DNA of 54,367 bases from Enoplolaimus lenunculus. Its lineage: Eukaryota. The position numbers and the translations under genes were made by a program. Shown piece by piece: positions 52,901 to 54,367 of the stretch. The stretch spans positions 434,001 to 488,367 of the forward strand of contig JASANG010003494.1 in assembly GCA_030248215.1 (NCBI GenBank), given 5' to 3'. The stretch's first letter is position 1, and each line of letters opens with the position of its first letter. The notes below the pieces were generated by a model that saw only the letters and a list, made by a program, of their open reading frames with translations, searched no databases and was not told where the DNA came from.

Positions 52901-54367
52901 TGGATCAAGATCTCATGAGAACGTCCCTCATTGTCAACTGCAAACACTTAATCGACATTTTGCGTATAAACTCAGCAGTTGATTGTGAGGCGGCGTGTGT
53001 CAGTGGTGAAAGGCTGGCCAAGTATTGTTTGACCATGGTCCATGGATCAAGATCTCATGAGAACGTCCCTCATTGTCAACTGCAAACACTTAATCGACAT
53101 TTTGCGTATAAACTCAGCAGTTGATTGTGAGGCGGCGTGTGTCAGTGGTGAAAGGCTGGCCAAGTATTGTTTGACCATGGTCCATGGATCAAGATCTCAT
53201 GAGAACGTCCCTCATTGTCAACTGCAAACACTTAATCGACATTTTGCGTCCAAACTCAGCAGTTGATTGTGAGGCGGCGTGTGTCAGTGGTGAAAGGCTG
53301 GCCAAGTATTGTTTGACCATGGTCCATGGATCAAGATCTCATGAGAACGTCCCTCATTGTCAACTGCAAACACTTAATCGACATTTTGCGTCCAAACTCA
53401 GCAGTTGATTGTGAGGCGGCGTGTGTCAGTGGTGAAAGGCTGGCCAAGTATTGTTTGCCCATGGTCCATGGATCAAGATCTCATGAGAACGTCCCTCATT
53501 GTCAACTGCAAACACTTAATCGACATTTTGCGTATAAACTCAGCAGTTGATTGTGAGGCGGCGTGTGTCAGTGGTGAAAGGCTGGCCAAGTATTGTTTGA
53601 CCATGGTCCATGGATCAAGATCTCATGAGAACGTCCCTCATTGTCAACTGCAAACACTTAATCGACATTTTGCGTCCAAACTCAGCAGTTGATTGTGAGG
53701 CGGCGTGTGTCAGTGGTGAAAGGCTGGCCAAGTATTGTTTGACCATGGTCCATGGATCAAGATCTCATGAGAACGTCCCTCATTGTCAACTGCAAACACT
53801 TAATCGACATTTTGCGTCCAAACTCAGCAGTTGATTGTGAGGCGGCGTGTGTCAGTGGTGAAAGGCTGGCCAAGTATTGTTTGACCATGGTCCATGGATC
53901 AAGATCTCATGAGAACGTCCCTCATTGTCAACTGCAAACACTTAATCGACATTTTGCGTATAAACTCAGCAGTTGATTGTGAGGCGGCGTGTGTCAGTGG
54001 TGAAAGGCTGGCCAAGTATTGTTTGACCATGGTCCATGGATCAAGATCTCATGAGAACGTCCCTCATTGTCAACTGCAAACACTTAATCGACATTTTGCG
54101 TCCAAACTCAGCAGTTGATTGTGAGGCGGCGTGTGTCAGTGGTGAAAGGCTGGCCAAGTATTGTTTGACCATGGTCCATGGATCAAGATCTCATGAGAAC
54201 GTCCCTCATTGTCAACTGCAAACACTTAATCGACATTTTGCGTCCAAACTCAGCAGTTGATTGTGAGGCGGCGTGTGTCAGTGGTGAAAGGCTGGCCAAG
54301 TATTGTTTGACCATGGTCCATGGATCAAGATCTCATGAGAACGTCCCTCATTGTCAACTGCAAACAC
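46990..54367. repeat. 142-bp tandem satellite, about 52 near-identical copies, running off the window end; lies in an intron of the NIDO gene
   Basis: Monomer cgacattttgcgtccaaactcagcagttgattgtgaggcggcgtgtgtcagtggtgaaaggctggccaagtattgtttgaccatggtccatggatcaagatctcatgagaacgtccctcattgtcaactgcaaacacttaat; the ORF track repeats every 142 nt. Confidence 0.99.

Noticed and set aside
47079..54260. Dozens of 74-121-aa ORFs (MDQDLMRTS...)
   Set aside because: Artefacts of the 142-bp satellite: the period is not a multiple of 3 and there is no protein-like signature.
46990..54367. CRISPR array or satellite-embedded hammerhead ribozyme
   Set aside because: No unique spacers and the context is eukaryotic. 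No CUGANGA...GAAA core was found on either strand.

Overview
Eukaryotic genomic DNA, very probably nematode: TTAGGC telomere-type repeats, tttcag/ttttag acceptors and many introns. Three multi-exon genes could be reconstructed by hand with phase-consistent GT-AG junctions. These are a dve-1/SATB-Compass two-homeodomain gene (+, 4653-11041, 6 exons), importin-7 (-, 37132-23571, 26 exons) and a secreted NIDO-domain protein (+, from 40556, at least 6 exons, 3' end outside the window). A hypothetical multi-pass membrane protein ORF lies on - at 16510-17235. Intergenic DNA and introns carry several non-autonomous DNA-transposon (MITE) families. The most striking is a GGCC-ended family with 8-bp TSDs and internal telomeric TTAGGC repeats; another is a piggyBac-like element carrying a tRNA-like box A/B cassette. 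The last ~7.4 kb is a very homogeneous 142-bp satellite that starts about 20 nt after a 5' splice site of the NIDO gene. It has a 12-monomer higher-order period, and each monomer can fold into a ~109-nt hairpin on the transcribed strand. All alignments, folds and family assignments were made by eye; no searches were run.
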